Shown: positions 9,212 through 18,731, numbered from the stretch's first letter. The stretch: DNA of 64,000 nt from an uncultured delta proteobacterium (GCA_947259215.1 CAMYLJ010000022.1:125238-189237); one strand, 5' to 3'. Notes: a model not told the origin generated them from the sequence alone. Numbers and translations: made by a program.

Positions 9212-11040
9212 GCGGATTCGTGTGGGGTGGGGGCCTCCCGGAGGCGTAATCCGCAGCGCGCTGACGGAACTCGCGTGGTCTCCGGGGCCAGGGCGTTGCT
9301 CTTGGTGACGACGCCTTCGCGGAGGTGGTAGTCGAAAGCGATGCGGCCGTCTTCGACGTGGTCCTCGAAGTGGATGTTGGCGCCGCGGGGCGCGAGTTCG
9401 TCGGCGATCTTCGCCAGGGCGAGGTCGTGAGTGGTGACGAGGCCGATGGCGCCGCGCTCCACCAGACCCCGCACCACCGCCGCCGCGCCGAACCCGCGGT
9501 CGTGGGAGTTGGTGCCGGCCAGGATCTCGTCCAGCAGGAAGAGCGCGGGCGCGCGCTCCTCGGCCAGGTCGACGATCTGGCGCAGGCGCTTGATTTCCGC
9601 GTAGAAGCGCGACTCGCCGTCCTGGAGCGAGTCGTGGAGCCGGATCGACGCGCCCACCGCCAGCGGCGAGAGCCGCAGCCGCGCGGCCCGGACCGGCGCG
9701 CCCGCGAACGCCAGCACCGCGTTGATGCCGACGCTGCGCAGGAGTGTGCTCTTGCCGGACATGTTGGAGCCGCTCACGACGAAGACCCGCCGCCCGTCGT
9801 CGAGGACCAGGTCGTTGCGGATGCAGGCGTCCTCGGCCAGCAGCGGGTGGCCGAGCCCCGCCGCCTCGAAGCAGGGCCCGCTGTCGACGAGCTCGGGGAA
9901 CGGGTCGCCGGGGTGCTCGTAGGCGTGGCTCGCCAGGGCGCAGAGCGCCTCGATCTCGCCAGCGGCCCGGATCCAGCGCCCCACGCGCCCACCGCTCCGC
10001 TGGCGCCAGGCTTCGACGGCCAGCCCGAACTGCGCGCCCCACAGCAGCAGCGCCGCCAGCGGCGCGAAGAACTGGTTGCGGCGGGCGTCGGCCATGTCCA
10101 GCAGCCAGCGCAGGCGCGCCACCTCGCGCGAGGCCGGCACGCCTTCGGTGGCCAGCTCGCCCCGCAGCGCGACCAGGCGTGGCGAGCGGAAGTCCTCCCG
10201 CTCGAGCCGTTCGAGCAGGGCGGCCAGGAGCGCCAGGTCTCGCGCGGGCTGATCGGCCGCCTTCAGGGCGTGGCCGATGCGGCCGCGCAGCCGCATCGCC
10301 ACGAGCGCCTCCAGGAAGAGCACGAAGACCAGCGGCGCCGGACCGCTGGCGAGAAAGATCCAGCCCGCCAGCGCGGCGACGGCCAGGCCCGCCAGCGCTC
10401 CGGTCAGCAGGCGCCAGGTGCCAACCCCGTGCAGCGGCGGCTCGTCGCCCCAGGCTTCGAGCAGTCGCGCGTGCAGGCCCGCGCGCACGTCCGCGCCGAT
10501 CAGCGCCAGGTCCTCGCGCAGGTCGAGGCCCGGGCGCAGCTCCTCGACGGACCGATGGCGTGCCCGCACCGCGTCCGGGACGGCGGGCTCGCGCAGCCAG
10601 TCCGCCAACAGCTCCTCGCCCGCCGCGGTGCGCGCCGTGCAGAGCAGCTCGAAGAGCGAGCCCGGGCCGAAGAGGTCCAGGTCGGCCGCGTAGGGATGGT
10701 GCGGATCTGCGAAGCGCTCTCCCCCGACGCCGCCCCCGGCCCAGGCTCCCGCGAGGCGCGCCAGACCCCGCTCGTAGAAGGCCACCGCACGGTCGGCGCG
10801 CTCGCGCACGCGGATCACGCGATCGTGCCAGAGTACCAGCACCAGGAAACCCGCGACCGGAACCAGGATCCACGCGGGCGCGAGAGCGCGCGCACCGAAG
10901 GCCAGCCAGCCCGCGACGAGGATCAGGACGAAGACGGCGAGACGCGTGTTCGAGAGCACGCGCTCGCGGGCCACCAGGCGAGCTGCCACGGCCCGCCGCG
11001 AGCCGAGCCGCGACGCGTACTCGCTGGCGGCGTCGTTCAT
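8995..11040 (-). CDS. Membrane-anchored MutS-related ATPase (MutS domain V only); the 3' end is anomalous
   Basis: The ATG at 11040 overlaps the thiD stop (ATGA). N-terminal TM helices are followed by Walker A VVSGSNMSGKSTLLRSVG, FLLDEILAGTNSHDR and TTHD. Recognisable homology stops at ~9293 (TKSNAL). The frame has no stop until 8995. Confidence 0.7.
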   Translation of the reverse strand: MNDAASEYASRLGSRRAVAARLVARERVLSNTRLAVFVLILVAGWLAFGARALAPAWILVPVAGFLVLVLWHDRVIRVRERADRAVAFYERGLARLAGAWAGGGVGGERFADPHHPYAADLDLFGPGSLFELLCTARTAAGEELLADWLREPAVPDAVRARHRSVEELRPGLDLREDLALIGADVRAGLHARLLEAWGDEPPLHGVGTWRLLTGALAGLAVAALAGWIFLASGPAPLVFVLFLEALVAMRLRGRIGHALKAADQPARDLALLAALLERLEREDFRSPRLVALRGELATEGVPASREVARLRWLLDMADARRNQFFAPLAALLLWGAQFGLAVEAWRQRSGGRVGRWIRAAGEIEALCALASHAYEHPGDPFPELVDSGPCFEAAGLGHPLLAEDACIRNDLVLDDGRRVFVVSGSNMSGKSTLLRSVGINAVLAFAGAPVRAARLRLSPLAVGASIRLHDSLQDGESRFYAEIKRLRQIVDLAEERAPALFLLDEILAGTNSHDRGFGAAAVVRGLVERGAIGLVTTHDLALAKIADELAPRGANIHFEDHVEDGRIAFDYHLREGVVTKSNALAPETTRVPSARCGLRLREAPTPHESAYELRRGRSLSNSPSKSPLLITSRTSPGAASAASRSARASTSSIASAGGPAAEICRARAWASRRSPTSPKAL
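9236..9268. repeat. Second, inverted copy of the 33-nt REP-like core
   Basis: tcccggaggcgtaatccgcagcgcgctgacgga is the exact reverse complement of 1839..1871. It contains the palindrome cagcgcgctg and can form a hairpin. Confidence 0.6.
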
Positions 11041-11831
11041 GCGCGCCCCAGGAGCCGCGCGCCCTCGCCCGCGGCGAACGCGCGCCGCAGCCCCTCCGCC
11101 ACGAAGCGGCGCGCCCGCTCGACGGACTCCGCGACGTCGGCCCCGAGCGCCAGGTGCGCGGCGGCGGCCGCCGCCAGGGCGCAGCCCGTACCGTGGACCG
11201 GGCCCGCCGGAATCCGCTCTCCCGCGAGCCAGCGCACGATGACGCCCTCGCCCTCGCGCAGCGCCAGGCAGTCGTCGGGCGCGTCCGCGGCGTGTCCGCC
11301 CTTCACCAGCGCCGCGCCCGCGCCGAGCTGCTCGACCAGGCTCCGCGCCGCCGCCTCCACCCCGGCGCGACTCGAGACGTCGCGCTCGCAGAGGGTTTTC
11401 GCCTCGGCCAGGTTCGGGGTCACCAGCTGCGCGCGGCCGATGAGCGTGCACAGGATCGGGAGCGCGCGGCGCTCGAGCAGCGGCGTGCCGTCGCTCGCGG
11501 CGAGCACCGGGTCCAGCACCAGCGGCGGCAAGGGCCCGGTGCGCGCGAAGGCGTCGAGCCCGTGGTCCACGGCACGCGCCACGTCGTCCGTCGCCAGCAT
11601 GCCGAGCTTCAGCGCGTGCGGAGTCAGGTCGCCGGCCAGCGTCTGGAGCTGCTCGCGCACCACATTGGGAAAGACGGGCAGCACGCGCTTCACCTTGACG
11701 GTGTCCTGCACGGTCAGCGCCGTCACCACCCCGGCTCCGTGCACCCCGCAGGCCGCGAAGGTCTGGAGATCCGCCTGGAGTCCGGCCCCACCCGTCGGAT
11801 CGGAGCCCGCGATGGAGAGCGCCACACGCAT
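11037..11831 (-). CDS. thiD: Hydroxymethylpyrimidine/phosphomethylpyrimidine kinase ThiD
   Basis: Internal ATG of ORF 11037..12914, 264 aa. It has GSDPTGGAGLQADL and GTGCALAAA motifs. Confidence 0.9.
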   Translation of the reverse strand: MRVALSIAGSDPTGGAGLQADLQTFAACGVHGAGVVTALTVQDTVKVKRVLPVFPNVVREQLQTLAGDLTPHALKLGMLATDDVARAVDHGLDAFARTGPLPPLVLDPVLAASDGTPLLERRALPILCTLIGRAQLVTPNLAEAKTLCERDVSSRAGVEAAARSLVEQLGAGAALVKGGHAADAPDDCLALREGEGVIVRWLAGERIPAGPVHGTGCALAAAAAAHLALGADVAESVERARRFVAEGLRRAFAAGEGARLLGRA

Positions 11832-11837
11832 GGGACG

Positions 11838-13085
11838 ATGGTAAGATCCGCCCCGGTGCGCCGCACGCGAATCGTCTCGGCATTCGTTCTCGCGCTCGGC
11901 CTCGGATCCGTCGCCTCCGCCTCCCTCGCCAGCGCGGCGGAGATCGTGCTCCTGCTCTCTTTCGACGGAACCACGCCCAGCCAGCTCCGCGATTCTCGCC
12001 TGGTCACCCTGGGCCGGATGGCCCGCGAAGGGACCGTGGCGGAGAGGCTGGTCCCCGTCTTTCCCAGCAACACGTTCCCGAACCACGTGACCCTGGTGAC
12101 CGGAGTGGCCCCGGAGCGCCACGGGATCGTGAACAACGTCTTCGTGGATCCCGGGCGCGGACGCTTCAGCTACGAGGGCGACCCCAGCTGGCTGCAGGTG
12201 GAGCCGATCTGGTCCCTGGCCGCGAGCCACGGCGTGGTCTCGGCCTCCTATTACTGGGTGGGCTCCGAGGGTGCCTGGACGAGCGGCCGCGGTCCGCGTC
12301 ACTGGAGACCCTTCGACTCCCGGACCCGCGAGACGACGAAGGTGAAGCAGATCCTGGCCTGGCTCGACCTGCCCGATCCCGCCGAGCGCCCGCGGCTCGT
12401 GACCGCCTGGTTCCACGGCGCCGACGGAGCGGGGCACCGCTACGGGCCCGACTCCGACCGCGTCCGCAAGGCCCTGGTGTCCCAGGACGAGGCGCTCGGC
12501 GCGCTGGTGGCCGGCATCGAGGCCCGCGGGCTGCTGACGCGCACGGCGATCCTCGTGGTTTCCGACCACGGCATGCTGGAGGTGGAGCGCTCCGTCCACC
12601 TCGAGTCGGCGCTGTCCGGCGAGGGGGTCAAGGCGCGCATCCACGGTGGCGGCGGCTTCGTCACCCTGACCGCGGCCAGCCCCGAGGCGGCAGCGCGCGC
12701 CGTCGCCGTGGCCCGCGCCGAGGGCCTCGAGGCGTGGCGCCGGGAGGAGGCGCCGCCCGGGTTCCGACTCGGAAACCCGCGCTTCGGCGACGCGGTGGTG
12801 CTCTGCCCGCCCGGCACCGCCGTCGTGCGCGGCGGCGTGGCGGGCCGCGTACAGCAGGCCCTGCGCGGGGCTCGGCTCGCCCACCGGGGCGGCCACGGCT
12901 ACCGCCCGGAGCACCCCGCGATGGCTGGAATCTTCCTCGCCTTCGGCGACGGGATCCCCGCCTCGCAGATCGGGAGCGTGCGCGCCGTGGACGTGGCCCC
13001 GACCGTGCTCGCCCTCCTGGGGCTCCCGGTACCCGATTGGATGGAGGGAAGTCCTATCTTCCCGTCCCAGGAGGTCGCGCCATGA
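11838..13085 (+). CDS. Secreted nucleotide pyrophosphatase/phosphodiesterase (alkaline-phosphatase superfamily)
   Basis: Internal ATG of ORF 9744..13085. It has a signal peptide (RIVSAFVLALGLGSVASASLASA), the Thr-nucleophile motif PSNTFPNHVTLVTG, and VSDHGM. Confidence 0.85.
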   Translation: MVRSAPVRRTRIVSAFVLALGLGSVASASLASAAEIVLLLSFDGTTPSQLRDSRLVTLGRMAREGTVAERLVPVFPSNTFPNHVTLVTGVAPERHGIVNNVFVDPGRGRFSYEGDPSWLQVEPIWSLAASHGVVSASYYWVGSEGAWTSGRGPRHWRPFDSRTRETTKVKQILAWLDLPDPAERPRLVTAWFHGADGAGHRYGPDSDRVRKALVSQDEALGALVAGIEARGLLTRTAILVVSDHGMLEVERSVHLESALSGEGVKARIHGGGGFVTLTAASPEAAARAVAVARAEGLEAWRREEAPPGFRLGNPRFGDAVVLCPPGTAVVRGGVAGRVQQALRGARLAHRGGHGYRPEHPAMAGIFLAFGDGIPASQIGSVRAVDVAPTVLALLGLPVPDWMEGSPIFPSQEVAP

Positions 13086-13774
13086 AACGGCTCTTGCTGC
13101 TGGCCCTCGTCGTGGCCACGCCGGCCTTCGCCCAGGAGCCGGCAGCGCCGCCGGAGCCGCCGCCCGCCGCTCCGGTGCCCACCTGGTACGCCCAGGCTCT
13201 CACCTCGAGCATGGTCGGACCCACCATGACCTTCTACTGGTCGAAGGGCCGCAGCATGCGCGCCTTCACGGTGGTGCAGGGACGGCCGGTCCTGACCCTG
13301 GTGCACGGCGAGTGGTACTACGTGATCGACCAGCTGGCCGGGACCGGGCTGGCGGTGCAGCGCAGCACGAGGGCGATCGCCGACGACGCCAAGGGCCAAC
13401 GGCCCTTCGCCTGGGAGGCCGACCTGATCCTCGCCCAGGGCGCCGAGCGCGTGCGCACCGAGGACCTGGGCGGCATGAAGGCCCAGGTCTACCGGCTGAC
13501 CGACCGGGTCTCGAGACGCGAGGTCTGGATTCCCGAGAGCGGCGAGCGGATCCCGCTGGTGGTCGAGGTCTTCGACCGGGGCCTCAAGCAGACCCGCCGC
13601 ACCCAGTACGCCGGCTGGCGGCGCGACCTCCAGATCCCCGACGACTACTTCCGCCCGGACCCCCGCGTCACGCTCGAGCGCCTCAGCTACGACGAATACC
13701 TGACCCGCTCCGCCCAAGGCCCCGTCGGCGAGCTCCCGGTGCTGTACGGAAGCATGCTGCACGGCACCCGCTAG
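13082..13774 (+). CDS. Secreted hypothetical protein
   Basis: It has an ATGA overlap with the upstream gene and a clear signal peptide (MKRLLLLALVVATPAFAQE). I recognise no motif. Confidence 0.6.
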   Translation: MKRLLLLALVVATPAFAQEPAAPPEPPPAAPVPTWYAQALTSSMVGPTMTFYWSKGRSMRAFTVVQGRPVLTLVHGEWYYVIDQLAGTGLAVQRSTRAIADDAKGQRPFAWEADLILAQGAERVRTEDLGGMKAQVYRLTDRVSRREVWIPESGERIPLVVEVFDRGLKQTRRTQYAGWRRDLQIPDDYFRPDPRVTLERLSYDEYLTRSAQGPVGELPVLYGSMLHGTR

Positions 13775-13880
13775 AGCCCTAGAGCCTCCCGCGTCCGTAC
13801 ACACCGCCGGACCCGGTCGCCCGCAAGCGGCGCCGAAGGCGCCCGCGCGCAGCGGTCTCCGCGACAGCGCCAAGGGGGTT

Positions 13881-13906
13881 GGAAGGTCGGCTCCTGGCCG
13901 ACTTCC
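13881..13906. terminator. Candidate bidirectional hairpin terminator between convergent genes
   Basis: ggaaggtcggc-tcct(g)-gccgacttcc forms a 10-bp stem with one bulge, between the stops at 13774 (+) and 13945 (-). There is no U-tract. Confidence 0.4.
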
Positions 13907-13944
13907 GATTCATCCTCTTCCGCAGGCGAGCGGAGTTCATCGAA

Positions 13945-15036
13945 CTACGTAACCCAGGTGATGTTGGCGTCGGCGAGCTTCGGGGTGCTCTCCGCCAGGA
14001 CCGCGAGCCGCCGCGCTGCCGTGCCGGCCAGCTCGCGCAGCGCGCGGGCCGCGTCGGAATCGGGCGCCTCCAGCAGGATCGGGCGCCCGCGATCGCCGCC
14101 CTCCACCACGCGCGGGTCGATGGGGATCTCGCCCAGGAACTCCACGCCGAGCTCCTCGGCCACGCGACGCCCGCCACCTTGGCCGAAGATGTAGTACTTG
14201 CGGTCCGGCAGGTCGGGCGGCGTGAAGTAGGACATGTTCTCGACCACGCCGAGCACCGGCACGCCCACCTTCTCGAACATCGCGAGGCCCTTGCGAGCGT
14301 CGATCAGCGACAGGTCGTTGGCGGTGGTGACGATCACCGCGCCCGAGAGCGGCGCCTGCTGGGTCAGGGTGAGCGCCGCGTCGCCGGTGCCGGGCGGCAT
14401 GTCGAGCACCAGGTAGTCGAGCTCGCCCCAGTCGACGTCGGTCAGGAACTGGCGGATCAGACCGTGCACCATGGGCCCGCGCCAGATCACGGGCGAGTCG
14501 TCGGTCAGGAAGAAGCCCATGCTCATGAGCTTCAGGCCGAGGCCCTCGTGGGGCAGGATGCGCTTGGCGACCGCCTCCGGCCGCCCGTGCACACCGGTCA
14601 GGAGCGGCACCGAGGGTCCGTAGACGTCGCAGTCCATCAGGCCGACCCGGGCCCCGGTCTCGCGCAGCGCCAGCGCCAGATTCAGGGCCACGGTGCTCTT
14701 GCCCACGCCGCCCTTCCCCGACGCCACCGCCAGCGTGTTGCGCACGCCGGGCAGGACGTCCGCGTGGGGACCCTGGGCCGCGCGCCCGCGGGTGTTGGCG
14801 GTCATCTCGACCTCGACCTGGTCGACGCCCGGCAGCGCGGCGACGCGCTCCCGGGCCTGGCGCTCGAACTCGGCCTTCACCGGGCAGGCCGGGGTGGTCA
14901 GCTCGATCGTGAAGGCCACGCTCGCCCCGTCGACGACCACGTTCTTGACGAAGCCGAGCTCGACGATGCTCTTGCCGAAGTCGGGATCGACGATGGGGCG
15001 CAGGGCCTCGAGGACGTCGGACTCGCTGGGGGGCAT
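13945..15036 (-). CDS. apbC: Fe-S cluster carrier ATPase (Mrp/ApbC/NBP35 family)
   Basis: 363 aa. It has an N-terminal DUF59-like segment (IVDPDFGKSIVELGF), the deviant Walker A ASGKGGVGKST, and DMPPGTGD. Confidence 0.93.
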   Translation of the reverse strand: MPPSESDVLEALRPIVDPDFGKSIVELGFVKNVVVDGASVAFTIELTTPACPVKAEFERQARERVAALPGVDQVEVEMTANTRGRAAQGPHADVLPGVRNTLAVASGKGGVGKSTVALNLALALRETGARVGLMDCDVYGPSVPLLTGVHGRPEAVAKRILPHEGLGLKLMSMGFFLTDDSPVIWRGPMVHGLIRQFLTDVDWGELDYLVLDMPPGTGDAALTLTQQAPLSGAVIVTTANDLSLIDARKGLAMFEKVGVPVLGVVENMSYFTPPDLPDRKYYIFGQGGGRRVAEELGVEFLGEIPIDPRVVEGGDRGRPILLEAPDSDAARALRELAGTAARRLAVLAESTPKLADANITWVT

Positions 15037-15066
15037 CGGGGGGCTCCGGTAGGAGGAAGAGCGAAG

Positions 15067-18000
15067 TTAGCTGCCGAGCCCGAAGTACTCCAGGATCCAG
15101 CGCAGGAACGCCTCGCGGCGCCTGGGCCGCTCCCGCGGCTCCGCCAGCGGGGAGACGCCGGACTCGTGGTTGCGCGTGTTGCGCCGGTCGCGGCCGAAGC
15201 CCTGCCACGGGATCGCCTTCTCGCTGGCCCTTGCCGGCGTGTCCCAGACGAAGAGCCGACCCTCGCGGGTGACGACCACCACCTCGATGCGGCCGTCACC
15301 GTCCACATCGCCGGCGGCCGGCGTCCCGATGACCCAGCCACCGGTGAACTTGGGCCAGCCCTGCGGGGTACGACCTTCTCCAGTGTAGGCTCGCACCAGG
15401 TAGGCGCCCGAGCCGTGGATCAGCTCCGCGATCCCGTCGCCGTCCACATCGGCCAGCGCCGGCTCCGTCAAGAACTGCATGTCGTCCATCACGCGCGGGA
15501 ACTGGGGCAGGAGGTCTCCGGAGCGCGGATCCCATACGGCGACCTGGTGGTCACCGAATTCCTGGCTGGCCGGCGTCGCCACGTCGATCAGCTGCCGTAC
15601 GCCGCCGGTGGGCGCGGTGTACTCGGGCGCACCGTCCCCCGTGACGTCGCCGAAGGCCCCGGAGCCGAGGGCCCCCAGGAAGGGCGCGTCGAAGGAGAAG
15701 CTCCCGGGCTCGTTCAGCCCGGCCGGGTCGGGGATCAACGGGAAGCCGCCACCCGCGAAGTCCGGCGCCAGCGGCAGCGGGGCGCCGTCGCTTCCCAGTC
15801 CGAGGAAGTTCGAGCCGTCCGAGCGAAGCAGCATCACCGGACCCACCGCCGAGAAGATGGCGGTCACGAGCCCGCCGCTCGCGTCGAGCCGGGCCAGGGC
15901 CGGCGAGCCCGGCGTGCCCGTCGCCACCGTCGGGAGCAGGCCGGGCGCCAGCAGCGGAACCCGGGCCGGGAAGCCCGGGAGCACGCCGCCGGACGCGTCC
16001 ACCACGTAGATCCGGCCGGCGGTGTCCACGGCGAAGTCGCCGAGGCCGCCGCCGAGGCCGGACAGGAGCTGGAGCAGACCGGAGTCGTCGGTGCTGAAGA
16101 GTCCGCTCCCGTCGCGGTACTCCTCGTTGGTGCCGATCACGATCTCGTGGGTCCCGTCGCCGTCGAGGTCGCCCACGGCCGGGGACGAGATCACCTTGGC
16201 CAGGCGCGGCTCGGCGGTGTTGTCGAGCGGAATCCACTTGCCGGTGACGGGGTCCTCCGAGAGCTTCGTGCGATCGCCCAGGCGAACGGGGAAGCCCGCG
16301 ACCGGCGAGCCATCGTGGCGCCATGCGTAGAGGTACCCGTCGAGGCCGGCCACGACGATCTCCAGGTCGCCGTCGCCGCCGGGCGCGTCCAGGTCCACCA
16401 GTGAGGGAGAGCTTGCGAAGCCCGGGCCGACGTCGTTGAAACGGTCGCGCCGCTCGTGGGCGGAGAACGCCGGATCGCTCGACACGGGGAAGGGCTCCCA
16501 GAGCCGGCCGCGGTCGTCAAAGACCCACAGATTGCCCTCGACCGAGGCGGCCACGATCTCCACCCGGCCGTCGCCGTCCAGGTCGTCGGCGGCCACGGTG
16601 GCCACGAGCGCCTCGCGCGGAATGGGGACCCGGCGCTGGTACCAGGCCGGACTGGCCTCGAAACGGGCGCGGCTCAGCAAGCTCTCGGTCCGCGCCGGAA
16701 AGCCCGGCAGGCGGCGCCCGTTGCGGCCCTTCAGGACGTGGACCCGCCCGTCGTTGGCCCCGTAGACGATGTCCAGCACGCCGTCGCGATTCACGTCGGC
16801 CAGGACAGGGGAGCCCTCCCCGGAGGAGCCGATCCGACGCACGAAGCGCTGGGTCGGATCCGCGTGGATGGCCACGGTCCGGCGGTCCTCCCCCAGGTTG
16901 CCGGCGGCGTCCACGACCCGCAGGCGCAGCGTGACACTGTGGGCGTCCGGGCTCGTGATGGGCGTCGCGAAGTCGAAGCCGCAGCGCTCGGCGGTCTCTC
17001 CGGGACGCCAGCGATGGAAGACGCGGTCGCGCAGCGGCCGATTCTCGCTGCCCTCGCGCAGCAGCTGGAAGACTCCCGGCACGACCCCGCAGCCCACCTC
17101 CAGGCTCCAGCGGTAGGTCCCCGGCGTGCGCACGGCGGCCGTGCTGGCGCGCACGGGCAGCCAGCGGGGGCGGGCGGGATCGATCACGTCGAACCACCCG
17201 GGGCTCCGGGTGAAGGCGGCCTCGGGCGGGATGGCGTCGGTCGCGATCTCGAGCATCCGCTGCATGTCGGGGCGCCCATAGCCCGAGTACTCGTCCCAGC
17301 CGGGTCCGTGGGCGAAGCGCTCGGACCCGAACACCAGGCCCGGCCCGGAGAGGATCAGGCCGAGCAGCCCGCCGACCGGGCCGGGCGCGGGCGCCGGGTC
17401 GAGGGAGCGATCCACGTCCTGGGCTGCGGCCCGGAAGATCTGGCGCACTTCCTCGGCGGAGTAGGGCCGGAGCGTCTCCGGATAGGGCTCGAGGGCACCC
17501 GCCTCCATCAGGTTCTTGCCGTGGGAGATCAGGAGCAGCGCCATTCCCGCCGCGCGGCCCGTGGCCTCCGACGAGCAGCTCGTGGAGGAGATCGCGACCC
17601 AGGCCTTGCCGCCGTGGTTGGTGCAGCCGTTCTGGATCCGGAAGTCGCGGCGGTCGCCCACGATGTCGCCGTCGCCGTTGCGGATGGAGTTGACCCACAC
17701 GGTGTGGGCGGCGGCGGCGGGCCAGTTGTGGTGCCGGCTCTGCTCGTCCGCCGCGCTGGCGATGACGGGTACTCCGCGCTCGTACGCGTAGCGCACGGCC
17801 GCCTCGGTGGCCCTGGATGCACCGAGAGCCCCGAGCGCCTCCGACACCACGTCCACGCCGCGGTCGACAGCGTAGACGGTGGCCAGCACGAAGCGCTGGT
17901 CCAGGGCCACGAAGTGGTCGCCCACCCGCACGGGCACGAACATGGCGCTCGGCGCCACGCCGGGGAAGCCGCCCCCGTTGTTCGCCTCTGCCACCATGTC

Positions 18001-18645
18001 CTGCCCCTCGCCCGTGCCGTGCCCCGCGTCCACGTCGTCGTCCGGGTCGTTGTCGTCCTCCCAGAAGTCCCAGCCAGCGATGTCGTCGACGAAGCCGTTG
18101 CCGTCGTCGTCCACACCGTCGCTGCAGCGGAGGATCAGGTCCTGCCCGTCGAAGTGGCCGTTGGCGTTGGCGTCATCCACGACGCCACCCGCGCACTCCG
18201 TGCCGGCCCAGTCCGCGGGGTTCACGACGCCATTGCCGTCGCAGTCGAAGCCCGGGCAGGGCTCGGGAAGCTCGCCGAGGTTCGGGGCCAGCTTGCCGGC
18301 CAGCTCGCGCTCGCCCCAGCGGATGCCGCTGTCGAGCACCGCCACCACCACGTCGGGCCGGCCCGTCGTCATCTGCCAGGCCGCGGTGATGCTCATTCCC
18401 GTGCCGGGGGATCCGTCGGGCAGCCGGGCGTCGGCGTACTTCCAGCCGCTGCCATTCTCCGGGGCGGCTGGGTCGAAAGCGTAGTCGTCCGGGAGCACGC
18501 CCGGCGGCAGGAACAGGTAGGAGCCGTAGTCGTCGGGGTCCGTGCAGGCCGGGGCCTGGCAGCTCGGGTAGGGGATCTCGGCGCCGGTCCGGGAGGCCAG
18601 CAGGAGAACGCCCAGTGCCGCCATCCACGCGAGTTTCCAGCGCAT
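15067..18645 (-). CDS. Large secreted subtilisin-like (S8) serine protease with FG-GAP/VCBS-like repeats
   Basis: The start is taken at the internal ATG (MRWKLAWMAALGVLLLASRTG signal peptide). Subtilase regions are VAVLDSGI, HGTGEG and TSCSSEATGRAAG. The C-terminal half has repeated DxDGDG motifs (DLDGDGRVEIV, DLDGDGTHEIV, DVDGDGIAELI, DVDGDGRIEVVV). Confidence 0.85.
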   Translation of the reverse strand: MRWKLAWMAALGVLLLASRTGAEIPYPSCQAPACTDPDDYGSYLFLPPGVLPDDYAFDPAAPENGSGWKYADARLPDGSPGTGMSITAAWQMTTGRPDVVVAVLDSGIRWGERELAGKLAPNLGELPEPCPGFDCDGNGVVNPADWAGTECAGGVVDDANANGHFDGQDLILRCSDGVDDDGNGFVDDIAGWDFWEDDNDPDDDVDAGHGTGEGQDMVAEANNGGGFPGVAPSAMFVPVRVGDHFVALDQRFVLATVYAVDRGVDVVSEALGALGASRATEAAVRYAYERGVPVIASAADEQSRHHNWPAAAAHTVWVNSIRNGDGDIVGDRRDFRIQNGCTNHGGKAWVAISSTSCSSEATGRAAGMALLLISHGKNLMEAGALEPYPETLRPYSAEEVRQIFRAAAQDVDRSLDPAPAPGPVGGLLGLILSGPGLVFGSERFAHGPGWDEYSGYGRPDMQRMLEIATDAIPPEAAFTRSPGWFDVIDPARPRWLPVRASTAAVRTPGTYRWSLEVGCGVVPGVFQLLREGSENRPLRDRVFHRWRPGETAERCGFDFATPITSPDAHSVTLRLRVVDAAGNLGEDRRTVAIHADPTQRFVRRIGSSGEGSPVLADVNRDGVLDIVYGANDGRVHVLKGRNGRRLPGFPARTESLLSRARFEASPAWYQRRVPIPREALVATVAADDLDGDGRVEIVAASVEGNLWVFDDRGRLWEPFPVSSDPAFSAHERRDRFNDVGPGFASSPSLVDLDAPGGDGDLEIVVAGLDGYLYAWRHDGSPVAGFPVRLGDRTKLSEDPVTGKWIPLDNTAEPRLAKVISSPAVGDLDGDGTHEIVIGTNEEYRDGSGLFSTDDSGLLQLLSGLGGGLGDFAVDTAGRIYVVDASGGVLPGFPARVPLLAPGLLPTVATGTPGSPALARLDASGGLVTAIFSAVGPVMLLRSDGSNFLGLGSDGAPLPLAPDFAGGGFPLIPDPAGLNEPGSFSFDAPFLGALGSGAFGDVTGDGAPEYTAPTGGVRQLIDVATPASQEFGDHQVAVWDPRSGDLLPQFPRVMDDMQFLTEPALADVDGDGIAELIHGSGAYLVRAYTGEGRTPQGWPKFTGGWVIGTPAAGDVDGDGRIEVVVVTREGRLFVWDTPARASEKAIPWQGFGRDRRNTRNHESGVSPLAEPRERPRRREAFLRWILEYFGLGS

Positions 18646-18731
18646 TCCGCCTCCGCAGCCGCCCCCGCCGTAGGCCGATCCTACCACGGCGCGGGTTGCC
18701 ACGGCCCCGTGCAAGTGGGACAGTCCGGGCC

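Noticed and set aside
11832-11990. A TPP (THI-box) riboswitch upstream of thiD
   Set aside because: The reverse complement of this stretch shows no CUGAGA or ACCUGA-type THI-box elements, and the region is the coding 5' end of the divergent phosphodiesterase gene.
9744-13085. The 1113-aa plus-strand ORF as one giant gene
   Set aside because: Only the last 415 codons (from the ATG at 11838, with a signal peptide) look like protein. The upstream part is antisense to the MutS-like gene and thiD.
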